The position numbers were made by a program, and so were the translations under genes. The notes below the pieces were generated by a model. The model was not told where the DNA came from. It saw nothing but the letters and a program-made list of their open reading frames with translations, and ran no database searches. A stretch of 62,909 nucleotides of DNA, counting the filler, from Reticulomyxa filosa (lineage: Eukaryota > Protista > Foraminifera): assembly GCA_000512085.1 (NCBI GenBank). It is 23 parts of 23 records of this genome, joined end to end, with 100 filler letters (N's around TTAATTAATTAA, not from the genome) between each part and the next. Parts side by side here need not be neighbours in the genome. Positions count along the whole stretch, not along the records: positions 1 to 1,023 come from ASPP01026594.1; positions 1,124 to 3,675 come from ASPP01003004.1; positions 3,776 to 5,573 come from ASPP01026785.1; positions 5,674 to 10,155 come from ASPP01004746.1; positions 10,256 to 19,203 come from ASPP01028562.1; 18 more parts are not named here. The stretch is one strand, 5' to 3'. Each line of letters opens with the position of its first letter. Positions within the stretch are counted from its first letter, which is position 1. Shown here piece after piece: positions 1 to 11,074 of the stretch.

Positions 1-1023
1 TAAATATTATAAAAGAAAACACTATGTGCATATATATTATCTGAATCCTGAGTTTTTTTCGACAAAAGTTTTTTAATGATCTGTATACAAGTTGTTATGA
101 CAACTCAGTCATGTCTTGAAGAATATATGTTAATGTTTGATTATGAATGCTATTAGATACAATTACTTTTTTCAATTCGACAGTATCTGTAACACTTGAA
201 AAAAATTCTTCTACATACTGTATAATGTGTCTCCATAAAATTATCAAATTATTTATTTACCACAATTCATAAGACATTTGTTATGTGTTAGTAAATTACA
301 AGTCATTATATATTTATGGTGATGAAAAAGAAAAAGGATAAGCTTTAAAACAAGTATACTTTATATTAAACTTCAAAAAAACTCATAAAAAATATCAAAG
401 TATAAAGTATAAAATATAAAATATAGTGTTTTCGAGTTTTATTATCAAATAGTAATCCAGAAGGCGACAAACTTTTTCAATATATTGTTTGAATACTGAT
501 ATTTATTATTCGTTGAATTAAAATTTGATATAATTTCAAAGAAAAAAGTCAATAAAACTAATTCTTTAAGCAATAATTAGTAGTTTTTCTTACTCCAAAA
601 CATTTTTTAGGTAATAATGGAATATATTGTTTTTTTGATGTTTCGAAATAGCAGAAATTGCTTGCATATAAATTATGCGTCACACAATGAATATATTTTT
701 CTTGTTAGTTTTATTATATAATTCTATTACTACACAATAAAAAGTCTTACCAAAAAGTATACTAACAATCAATAAAAAAAAAAAATTTTATCATAAAAAT
801 AAAACTACAAATACAATATGATTCATGATAATTGAACACAAATTTCATTGTCTTATATTAAAGGAAAAAAAAAATATGATAAAAACAAACAAAAAAAATA
901 TTGTCGTGCCAAAAATAGGACAATTAGTTCAAAAAATTAAAGCAACAATTCTAAACTTGAATAACACTAAAATTTTTTAAAAAAAAGCAAATAGAAGGGA
1001 AAAGTAAAAAAAAAACGAAAAAA

Positions 1024-1123
1024 NNNNNNNNNNNNNNNNNNNNNNNNNNNNNNNNNNNNNNNNNNNNTTAATTAATTAANNNNNNNNNNNNNNNNNNNNN
1101 NNNNNNNNNNNNNNNNNNNNNNN
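1024..1123. other. Artificial contig spacer (N44-TTAATTAATTAA-N44), first of 22 identical spacers
   Basis: The same 100-nt spacer, with stops in all six frames, starts at 1024, 3676, 5574, 10156, 19204, 21171, 22821, 27461, 28741, 30169, 33885, 35234, 38943, 42796, 43896, 45413, 47900, 49094, 52070, 54493, 56048 and 61608. Confidence 0.99.
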
Positions 1124-1195
1124 AAAAAAAAAAAAAAAAAAAGATTATTTGTATACGTTTTTTTTTTTTTTTTTAAGGGAAAAAAAAAAAAGAAC

Positions 1196-2705
1196 CTTCA
1201 GCTAAGGTTGTTCTGCTGTTGAAAAGATCGACATCTCCAGCTTGTTGATCGAAAGGGAAACGATAAGATTTACTAACAGACCGCTCATGGATCATTTCGT
1301 TGCTTCGGAAAAAAGCAAAGGTTTGATGGGTTCGATGGATGTCTTTTTCAATGCGATTCCAAGTGTCCCAGTCATCGAAATAGGCCTTCCAACGTTCGTC
1401 TTCTTCTTCGTCATTTCCATGCCCGTTCTCGCTGACACTGTCACCGCATTCCACAACAGATATGTTTACGCGGGCTGCGACGTCGTTGGTAGTAATGTTG
1501 GATTGGCTATTGGAAAAGTTGGTATGGCCGAGGGCCAGTTCGATGTTGGACCCCACACTGTCCTGAGCGACCAAAGGGCCGTCACGAGTGATCGGCTCAC
1601 TCACCACACGTTGCAACTCGTCGTTTCTCGTGACTGGAGTATCGCCGTTTGTCCCGTTGCGAGTACTGTCGCTACTCTTTCTCCTTCCTCTTGGCGTTGT
1701 CACAGCACTGTTACATTGATCCACATCCGCGGTCGCTGTCGTATTCTTGTCCACCAATGTCAATCCAATGTCACTTCCGATCGTTTTCGTTTCCTCTTCA
1801 CTACGGACAGTGTCTCGTCTCTCGTTATTATCATTATTATTATTATTATTATTATTATTGTTGTTATTGTTATTATCATTGTTATTGCTGTTATTGTTAT
1901 TATCATTATTATTGTTATTATCATTGTTATTGTTGATATTGCCATGACTTTCATTTTGAATGTCGCCTGTGATAATATCCGATGGCAGACTTTTCATCGC
2001 TGGTACTGTTTCTGGCATGCCCTTACTGTAGTCATTCGAGTTACTTCGCGAGCTTCTGTCACTACCCGCCACATTTACTGCCGTTGACACACGTGCTGTT
2101 GATGGCCTTGTGGATTCTAGCATTTTGCACATATGTACACATATACATGTTGCTGTCATTACTAAACTTTCAATCTTTTTTATTGTCTATTAGGGCCACT
2201 GGCGTGCCACAATTCTAAAAAATAAATAAATTATGTATACATACATATACATATATATATATATATATGCAATATTTTTTTGACCTTTTGGTATGTTTGG
2301 CATTTGAAACAACAAGTTGATATACATCGAATACATCTTGCGCTGCTGTTCCAAATGCTCTTGCCATTCATTTGGTGTTGTTGGTAAGTATCCCAACAGT
2401 AATTTCCAACACTTTGCCTTCAATGTCGTATCTTCTTCTGGAATCCCACCAAAACATAACTCTTGGAGCTTCTTCAGATCTACATTTTCTTGATTCAATA
2501 ATGCCTCAAACGCTTCTATCCTACTACTTTTTTTTTCATAGTTATATTATTCATATATGCATACTTTTTTTAGTTCGTCCCTTTTTTCCCTTTCTTTCTG
2601 AACCCTCCACTATTCTTTTGTACTTCTGATAGAAAAAAAGAACCTCGAGTCTGGTTGTTTGCTTTGTGATTTTCTAGTTCGCACTGCTTGCTTTAAGATG
2701 TTCAT
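1196..2705 (-). CDS. TBC-domain Rab GTPase-activating protein, TBC1D13-like; 3' partial, multi-exon
   Basis: Predicted exons 2705-2644, 2520-2285 and 2116-1196 with GT-AG introns (the second acceptor is uncertain). Motifs RIEAFEALL..LKKLQELCFGGIP..KAKCWKLLLGYLP and the IxxDxxR motif (IEKDIHRT) are separated by a long Asn-rich insertion. Confidence 0.85.
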
Positions 2706-3609
2706 GATTGAATATTTTATTAGTACCACAAGCTTTTTTTCTGTTCAGGAGAGACGTCTTTTTCGATAAATATCATTAATTACACCTATTTTCGTGTCCA
2801 GCTACTTGGAGTTTCACTTTTTTACTTACGAGGACATTCAGTCACTTTCTTTTTCTTTTGTGGATTAAAATTGTAATAATTGCAAGCAGTGCTTTCAGGG
2901 TTTCTGCAAATGAGTCCTCTAGTTTAATTTTGAACATTACTTATTTCTATGCAAAGACGCCAATAAAAACTTTTTTGTCTAGATATTAAGACGTTTGTGT
3001 AATAAATGAATGTCTAACAATTGTGTGATCTATCATACCACCTTATAAAGATGATCAATTTTCTAAATAGAGAACAAACATTTAAAACTAATTTTTTAAA
3101 TTTTATTGTATTTTTTCGGTTGTATTTGTTTTTTAATTTGCTTCAATTTAAATTATTTTTTGTTAATTTCAAGATTGAAATTTGTATTGTAACTTTTTAA
3201 ATAAAGTTTTTGTTTAAATTTTTTTTGTTTTTCTGTTAATAATGAAACAATACATTGTAATGAATAATATCAACTGGACTTGAATTGCCAAATTGTATTC
3301 AGTTGGAAAATCACAAGTTGCAATTAGCATGTTGTGGGACGTCTGCTGATTGTATTGGTGCACTAACTGTAATACGATAGGTGTTTACTTAAAATAGAAT
3401 AGGAGTTTTCGTAAAACGAAAGTAAATTAAATAATAAAACGAAATAACAAAAGGAAAGTAACAAAGTAAGAAGTAAGTTGTTGAGTAATTTTAACATACT
3501 GTGGATTCCTCAGTTCCCTTGACGTTCAGATACTTATAATATAGACTTGCCATGCAATGTTTACTCCAAATAATTTCTTATTAGTTACATAATGAAAATT
3601 ATGTATATA

Positions 3610-3675
3610 CAGTAGAATGCAAAGTAAAGTTGACACCTAAAATGGCACCTTATAGAGATGATTGATTTTCTACAT
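3610..3675 (+). mobile_element. MITE-family terminal inverted repeat (TA|CAGTAG...), cut by contig end
   Basis: TA-CAGTAGAATGCAAAGTAAAGTTGACACCTAAAATGGCACCTTATAGAGATGATTGATTTTCT aligns with the copies at 9239, 19522 (reverse), 42758 and 62184. Confidence 0.75.
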
Positions 3676-3947
3676 NNNNNNNNNNNNNNNNNNNNNNNNN
3701 NNNNNNNNNNNNNNNNNNNTTAATTAATTAANNNNNNNNNNNNNNNNNNNNNNNNNNNNNNNNNNNNNNNNNNNNCTCTTTTATTTAAAAAAAAAAAAAA
3801 AAAAAAAAAAATTACATGTACAACTACATATCACATATAAAAATGTAGAATATCCCTTTCCCTTTTCTCTGTCTCTTCTCCCCTCTCCTTCCCTCCCCTT
3901 CAGCTCTTTGAACTTTTAACATTGGCTCAAAAGTGTATAGTATAAGA

Positions 3948-4827
3948 TTAAACTTGTGCAAGAGTAGCTGATTGTCGGATTGAATTATGGTTGTCCACAT
4001 CGGACACAGAACAAGTTTCAGCAGACTGCAATTGTGATTGTGATTGTGACTGTGACTGTGACTGTGACTGTGATTGCGATTGTTGCACACGATGATGAGG
4101 ACTTGTCGAGTTGGTGATGGAGTGAAGAGGTGAAACGAGGTCGTTACGATGTTCGGACAAGTTAGGAGCGGACTGGGAAGCGTCTCCAATCTCTTCATGA
4201 TCAGTATCGGTCACCGCTGCTGGCTCAGACGGTAGTGCAGCTGCCACAGTATCGATAGCAGCGGTATTAGTCTCTGCTTCGGTGGATAAATACACGCCAC
4301 AGATATCACTGTGGTGCGTCCTTGCTCGCACGCGATCAATGCTGAACCAATCGCTTTCCATGTCGGTGTCAGTGATACCGTCGCTTGGTGAATGCGCTAT
4401 TGGAGTTTCGGCATGTTGTGCATCCGCGACGTTGCTAAAACGAACAACTTTAATCGCATTTAGAGTAATATTGGATTTTGCATTTGAAGTTGGATTTCCA
4501 TTTGGATTTGATTCATTCGTTTTGCCGTTGTTATTGTTATTGCCATTACTATTATCATTATCATTATCGTTCTCATTACCATTATCATTATCATTACCAT
4601 TATCATTATCATTATCATTATCATTACCGTTTTCGTTATCGTTATCATTGTCATTATCAAACATTTGTAAAGGCGATGCAAGAGGTGTTTGTTTTTTTGA
4701 TACATTGCCATTGTTATCACTCGATTTTTTTTTTCTTTTTTTTTGAGAGTATTGTTTGGATGGCTCGTGATTTGAACTCCAAGTATTTGGATTGACTGTC
4801 GATGGGTTTTGTTTAATATTGTTGTTA

Positions 4828-4877
<50 letters not shown>

Positions 4878-5129
4878 GTTATTATTATTATTATTGCTAG
4901 TGTTTTTGCCCTTATTCTTATGCTTATTTTTATTTCTATTCTTAGTCTTGGTCTTGGTTTTTGTTCTACTCTTACTCTTTTCTTCAGATTTGACATGAGA
5001 TGAAGCGTATGGGGTTCCATTGTCACTACCCTCACTGCGCTGACGAGACACCAACTGACGACTCTCGAGAGACTTTGTCCCTGTTTTTCGGTTGTCTGCT
5101 CCTACTCGATTATCTTTTGTTTTCCGCAT
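3948..5129 (-). CDS. Hypothetical low-complexity protein, first exon (Asn, Asn-Asp and Gln-Ser repeats); 3' partial
   Basis: 393-aa ORF with host-typical AAT/AAC tracts and non-repetitive coding sequence between them. It runs into a probable intron and then the contig end. No recognisable domain. Confidence 0.6.
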
Positions 5130-5756
5130 CTTTGCATTTTTGTCGTTTTATTTTTTCATTATTATTTAAAAAAAAATTAAAAATAAAAAAAAACGAGTTG
5201 GAATGTGCTGATTGTTTGCATTATTTGTTTTTCCAATATTTGAGAAACACAACAGTAATGCTTTTAGTTCGAGACCGTCGTTGATTGAAAAGTAAAAATA
5301 AAAAAGCCAATTAGCCGCTTACATCTGTGACAATGTCATCCTCAGGTACTCCTTCTAACAACACTATGCGACGGAGATCATTTAATAATCGATTCGCTTG
5401 TGTCTCTCGCTGTTATGTATTCAAACGTTTATGCTGCCTTTGTTTGCTTCTCATTTTCAACTCAACACTGGACAACTCATCCCAAAAAAAATATTCCTTT
5501 TCTTCCTCCTGTTCTCCTCCAAAAAAAAAGGTTCAACTCAATCTTGTTACCTTCCGACGCACCATTTCATAGTNNNNNNNNNNNNNNNNNNNNNNNNNNN
5601 NNNNNNNNNNNNNNNNNTTAATTAATTAANNNNNNNNNNNNNNNNNNNNNNNNNNNNNNNNNNNNNNNNNNNNTTTTTTTTTTTTTTTTTTTTTTTTTTT
5701 TGTTACTTATCATTACGTCGCCTTCTCTCCCCTTTCCCTTTCGATCCTCATCATCA

Positions 5757-6065
5757 TCATCTCTTAACTGTGTCACCACTTGCTATCAATCGTAGGATCT
5801 TAATCGCTTTCAAATTCTTCTCTTTCTTATCATATGCACAATATACTGTCCCATATCGTCCTTTACCGTGATCCAAATCCAACTCGTCCACTTTCTTTGG
5901 CTTTTGCAACACATACCGGTCGTCAATCTGCAGCTGGTCGCTAAATTCCATAAAACCAAGCCTGTTCCTGGTGTACCTTGGAAGCGACACTTTCTTCGCT
6001 GAAGTTACGTCCTTCGGATGCTGCACTTTCAAATTGCCACGCTCTGCAAGCTCCATTGTTGCCAT
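5757..6065 (-). CDS. Ser/Thr protein kinase, N-terminal exon (partial)
   Basis: Gly-loop GKGRYGTVY followed by KAIK (VAIK-equivalent Lys). Probable donor ACA|GTTAAG before the contig end. Confidence 0.8.
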   Translation of the reverse strand: MATMELAERGNLKVQHPKDVTSAKKVSLPRYTRNRLGFMEFSDQLQIDDRYVLQKPKKVDELDLDHGKGRYGTVYCAYDKKEKNLKAIKILRLIASGDTVKR

Positions 6066-6572
6066 TTTTGTAAAATAATATATTATATATTTTTTTTTTT
6101 AGTAAGCTTTGTTTAATGTCGAAAAGTTCATTAGTGACCGTGTTTTTGTCTCGTTTCTTGATTTATACATGGATTATTCTGTTCTGCAGTATCAACCAAT
6201 GAAACTCCGTTGGACGAGTTTAGCATTAAAAAACAAAAAATCTAAAGAACATTTGCTGGACCTCCCAAGCCCAAAAATTGAAAACTTAAGCTCAAATGCC
6301 AAGAAATATCTTGCACATTGCTGCGATCATATATTCAAAACGATGTGGTGTTGTGATGTCAGTACTGATTTATACTTCTTTTTATAATACAGCGTACAAC
6401 ACTAAATGTCTTGCAAATGAATGTCTCCACGCTGCTTCGTACTTTCAGTTTATCACGGGTTTACTCCGTGATCCTAGAAGTTTTTTTATGGATGTAATCT
6501 AAAAGTATAGAATATTCGCAACAAAATTTCATACCAAACAATCAGCATCAAGTTAAACATTTTTTTGTAAGG

Positions 6573-7764
6573 ATGATCGAAAATGATATAGATCAACTAC
6601 AACACAACATACGAACCCAACAAGTCCATGCAGTGGGCACGGTACGACCGTTCAAAAACATTTGTCTTCTGTGTATACAACACGGCAAAAAATGTCTATT
6701 AACTTCTGATTCTGACAAACAGGACGAAAAAGAATCAAAACTAATTTTGGAAAATTGGCTTAGATTTGCATTTATAGAGTTTGGATGGATCGACGAATTT
6801 AGCAAAATGATTGCACGATATGTTGAGTGCACTTAATTTTTTTTTTTGCTAACCACCTGAATATTGTAAAAGCAGTAATTTCAACTAGGCCAAACGATTC
6901 AAACTACTAAGGATTATTCAAGGGTTCTTTCGGCTGACAAATGCACAATTTTCACCAGATGGAAACAAAATCGTATCATCTTCCAATGAGCTGATCAAGG
7001 TGTGGGACGTATCAGGAAAAAATATTATGACGTTGAAGGGACATTACAGACGTGTTAACAGTGTTAACTTTTCATCAGACGGTAACATGATTTTATCTGC
7101 TTCAGGAGACAATACAGTTCGGATATGGAGCGCAAAGTCAGGTGCAGAATTACAATGTTATCAACTAGCCTTTGCAGAGGCGAAAGCAGCAAGAATTTCA
7201 TCTAATGGTCAAACGATTGTGACATGCTTCAAGGATGTAGCGATTTTGCTTTGGCAAGTTCATCATCCAGTACGAAAGAAAAAAATGGAAGGGCATTTGC
7301 ATTGGGTAAGTGATGTGCAATTTTCACCAGATGGAAATATGTTTTTATCAGCATCATATGATGGAACAATTGGAATTTGGGAAACGACAACATGTGAAAA
7401 AATAAAGGAGCTGAAAGGACATTCAAATTATGTATTGAAAGCACAATTTTCTCCAGATGGCTGCTTTATCGTGTCGTGTTCATGGGATAAGACTATTCGA
7501 ATTTGGGATATAACATCAGGAAAAGAGGTGCAAAAATTGGAGGGACATACAGATGTGGTATGTAGTGTGAGATACTCTTCAGATGGTCAAAATATTGTGT
7601 CATGTTCAAGAGACTCAACAATTCGATTATGGGATTCAAAGTCAGGGAAGGAAATACAGATATTGGAAAGACAATCTAATTGGGTAACTGATGTAGATAT
7701 TTCGTCCGACGGAAACACAATTGTATCATGTTCCAATGATCAAACAATTTGCATCTGGGGATGA
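6573..7764 (+). CDS. WD40-repeat protein with N-terminal GWIxEFxKxIxxY module; 2 exons (6573-6821, 6889-7764)
   Basis: A 67-nt phase-0 GT-AG intron (6822-6888) joins the 6573 and 7000 ORFs in frame. About 7 GH...FSPDG...WD repeats. Confidence 0.9.
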
Positions 7765-9109
7765 CAAAATTCATAACGATATATGTAATGTTAGATAAGA
7801 GTTCAAATTTTAAAAAATTTGACTTGTATTTGATTTTCTGAAAATTTTATAGTGTTCATAAATTTGACAATTTTTTAAGGAATTTTCCAAGCATTCTTGT
7901 AATTAACTTTTTTTGCTTTTTTGATCATTTTTATGATTTATTTTTGGATTTTTTACACTCTTGTGTCTGATGTGTAATAAAAAAACTAAAAAAAATTAAA
8001 ATTCAACAAAAAAAATAAGCTATGATAGTTTAAATTACAAAAAAGTTTGGAAATCTTCTTTTTCTTTGTTATAGCATATGTTGACTGTTTGTCTGGAAAC
8101 AACAGCTTTATCTTCATTCTGTAATAGCATCTTAATGTATGATGCAGTTTCACGTTTCTATGCAACAAGCCATCTGACTATATGTCGTTTGATTCTGGAT
8201 GAAAATATCTTTTCTTACTGATCTAAGTTTTCTTTCAGTATTTCATATTGCGTTATAAGTTTTTTTCCATTTATGAACTGCATCAACGCTAATACTGCGT
8301 CAACTTCTTAGCATCTCAACAGCTATACACTTGTCAAATTTAGTGATATGCTTTCACATTAAACTAATTTAGTCTTTACATATGTATTGCTGATGTAAAT
8401 TTGTTTTCTCAAAAAAAGATTTGTTGGAATGAAATCAATTTAAGCTTTGAATTTCCATAAGTTCAAAAAGTGAACTTTTTTACTAACTACAAAAAATTAA
8501 TAACGTTAATTATATCTTCTAAACCTACAAAGATATAAATATCAAATTTTATGCAATTGAACAACAGTATAAGTTCAATATGTATGTAAAATTACAGACT
8601 TGTAACTTAAGTAGACTAAGAGAAAAAATAATAACTTTCTAAATAACCTGATTTTTCGGTGGTGTTAACTTTTTTTGGACGCTAATATATTTCTAAGTGT
8701 TCAAAAACTCACAGAAAATATCCAGACAAATGTACAAGCAATCTTGTCACCTTTATGTTATAGAAGAGAACAGGGTTTTAATCTTGGTATCGTCAAAGTA
8801 GTTTGTCAAGCCCCTTTATGGATAAAAAAGTCTAACTTTTAAATCTTATATCATTCTCGTAATCATCTAAGAGAAAAAACAATTAATTGAAAGAATGGGC
8901 AATACACAGTAAAAAAGTATCCCCAAAACAACCACAAGTTGTAGGTTTCATTCACTGTACTATTCAAGAAAACTTTTATTTTTTCTTCTTCTGATAAAAT
9001 TATTTTAAAACACATAAAATCAAATTTTAAAAGTAAAAATAAATATTGGATCCGAACGTTAAAGAATAAGTTAGACTAACTATTTTATTATTTGATAATG
9101 ATACAATCA

Positions 9110-9238
9110 TTTTATATATTTTCCATCTGGAGAAAAATCTACATTACATATACTATTGGAATCTCTTTTGAATTTCATTATTTCAGTTCATGTATTAACA
9201 TCACATAATCGAATATTCTATCACCAGAACATGAAATA
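9110..9238 (-). pseudogene. Degenerate WD40 repeat fragment abutting the MITE insertion site
   Basis: The reverse strand reads ISCSGDR.IRL.DVNT*...SNSICNVDFSPDGKY with a frameshift and a stop, and ends at the TA next to CAGT at 9239. Confidence 0.55.
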
Positions 9239-9735
9239 CAGTATAATGCAAAATAAAGTTGACACATAAAACGGCACCTTAAATAGATAATTGATTTTCT
9301 TCATGAAAAACAACATTCATACATAATTTTTTTTTAAAAAATATCTACAAATTGTGTAGTTTTTAAATATCATTTTGGTTTTTATTACATCTTTAATAAT
9401 TGTTTAAAAAATTTGAATATTTTATTGACTTTTGAAAATTTTCGAGAAAAATTTTAGAATCGTGACTGTGTCGTAACATTGAAATTTGTCAACTTTTTTT
9501 TAAGCATTTTCAGAAGAGTCAATACATAATCATTTTTTTAAAAAAAATAAAAATGATTAAAAACACAATATCAAACTATACTTAGCTAAAAAAATAATAA
9601 AGGACTAAATATTGAAATAATTGTGAAAGATTTATAAAAACCAAAATGATATTTAAAAACTACACGATTTGTAGATTGTTTTTTAAAAATTATGTCTGAA
9701 TGTCGTTTTTTTATGAAGAAAATCAATAAATTATT
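9239..9735. mobile_element. Foldback/MITE-like element with long TIRs; right terminus eroded
   Basis: TA|CAGT left end at 9239. About 9291-9400 is an inverted repeat of about 9620-9726 (TTGATTTTCTTCAT...CTACAAATTGTGTAGTTTTTAAATATCATTTTGGTTTTTAT). Confidence 0.8.
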
Positions 9736-9759
9736 TAATTATATATAATAAATTAAAAG

Positions 9760-9960
9760 AAAGATTACCAACTGTTGTTATCTATTAATTTCACTACACA
9801 GTATCCATTTAATTGAACATAACTTTGATAGACGGTATGATAAGCCCTTTGTCCATACCTCCACAAATGAGGAGTTCATTTTTGTGTAATACACATTGAG
9901 CTTGAGCAAGTGGAATAGGTGAATTATTCATGTCAGTAATGTTAAGAAATGATGAAATAA
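9760..9960 (-). pseudogene. Fragment of a kelch-like beta-propeller family gene, disrupted
   Basis: PIPLAQAQCVLHKNELLICGG (kelch-type GG motif), then GYCVVKLIDNN in another frame, followed by stops. Confidence 0.5.
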
Positions 9961-10425
9961 TGTAAGTTTTTTTAAAAAGGAAGATCTTTTTGAAAAATAA
10001 AATAAAATTTTCTTTTGGCAAAGGTTATGTCATTTTCGTTTTCATAACTTTTTCATTATCACAATCTTTCAATCATAATAATTACTATAAATACTCAAGA
10101 TATTTAACAAATCTTTTATTACTTTTGATCTAAAAAAAGCTGAAACATTTTTTTTNNNNNNNNNNNNNNNNNNNNNNNNNNNNNNNNNNNNNNNNNNNNT
10201 TAATTAATTAANNNNNNNNNNNNNNNNNNNNNNNNNNNNNNNNNNNNNNNNNNNNCCCCGTTTTTTTTTTTTTTGCGACCCAATTTTTTTTTTTTTTAGA
10301 AAATTTGAAATAAATAAACAAATGACAATTAATCCCTTGTTCTAATTTTTTTTTTTATGTTGGAAATTTCTGGACATCAATATGGACAGGAGGAAAAAGG
10401 ATGATGATAATGAAAAACATACATT

Positions 10426-10728
10426 CTGAAGTTGCATAATGCCATGGATGGTGTTCAATACGATCTCTGTGTTTCTGGGCCACATACAAATCTGTAACGT
10501 TAGCCAATCGAAAACTGCGGTCCACTAACGTTCGGCGTGCTGTATGAAAGATAATATGTTTTTTGTAAGACCACTTTGTTTAAAAGACTTTCTTTCTCTA
10601 CAATTCAACCAAATCTTAGAAAACTTCGACACAAAAAAACAAAAAACAAAAAAACAGAAAAACTTACAAGTGTTTGTCAAACCGCAATATGTTGGTGAAA
10701 TTGATTTACCAAAACCTTTTGAAAACAT
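10426..10728 (-). CDS. Possible small multi-exon gene, head-to-head with the CFAP70-like gene
   Basis: ATG 10728 MFSKGFGKSISPTYCGLTNT, a GTAAGT donor, and a CATACAG acceptor giving in-frame SRRTLVDRSFRLANVTDLYVAQKHRDRIEHHPWHYATSE. No homology recognised. Confidence 0.3.
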
Positions 10729-11074
10729 AATGGATGTCGTGCTTGCAATTTAAATTTTACAACTTCAACTTTAATTTTGTTACTAGAACTGGTAGCAGAC
10801 ACCTTGCTCAGTCGCTAGAACAACAGAAACAACACAAAGTCACCGCGTCAAACATACTCCAACGCTGTTTTTTTTGCACTATTCAGCCACTTAAACTACT
10901 CTTATCAAAACTTCAGAAACGAGCCAAAATTATTCATTAAAACACAATATCGAATTCAATTAATGCAACTTTTTTAAAAGAGATTTTGCAAGTTGGAGAC
11001 TGTTTATATGTTGTATGACGTCATGAAGAAGGTTCTATTAATTCTTACGACACTTCCAAAGGTAAAAGATTCAA

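Noticed and set aside
1068-1079. TTAATTAATTAA recurring 22 times, resembling a regular repeat array
   Set aside because: It is always centred in N padding and is an artificial six-frame-stop linker. ORFs running through the Xs are artefacts.
1242-2087. Long antisense and alternate-frame ORFs with poly-Ile/Leu/Tyr (also at 4282-5035, 33014-33487, 49748-50308, 61090-61548)
   Set aside because: These are shadows of AAT/AAC/GAT trinucleotide tracts in the real genes.
9288-9729. Apparent TAA target-site duplication (PIF/Harbinger-type) around the inverted repeat
   Set aside because: Other copies show the element extends to TA|CAGT at 9239, so the left TAA is internal.
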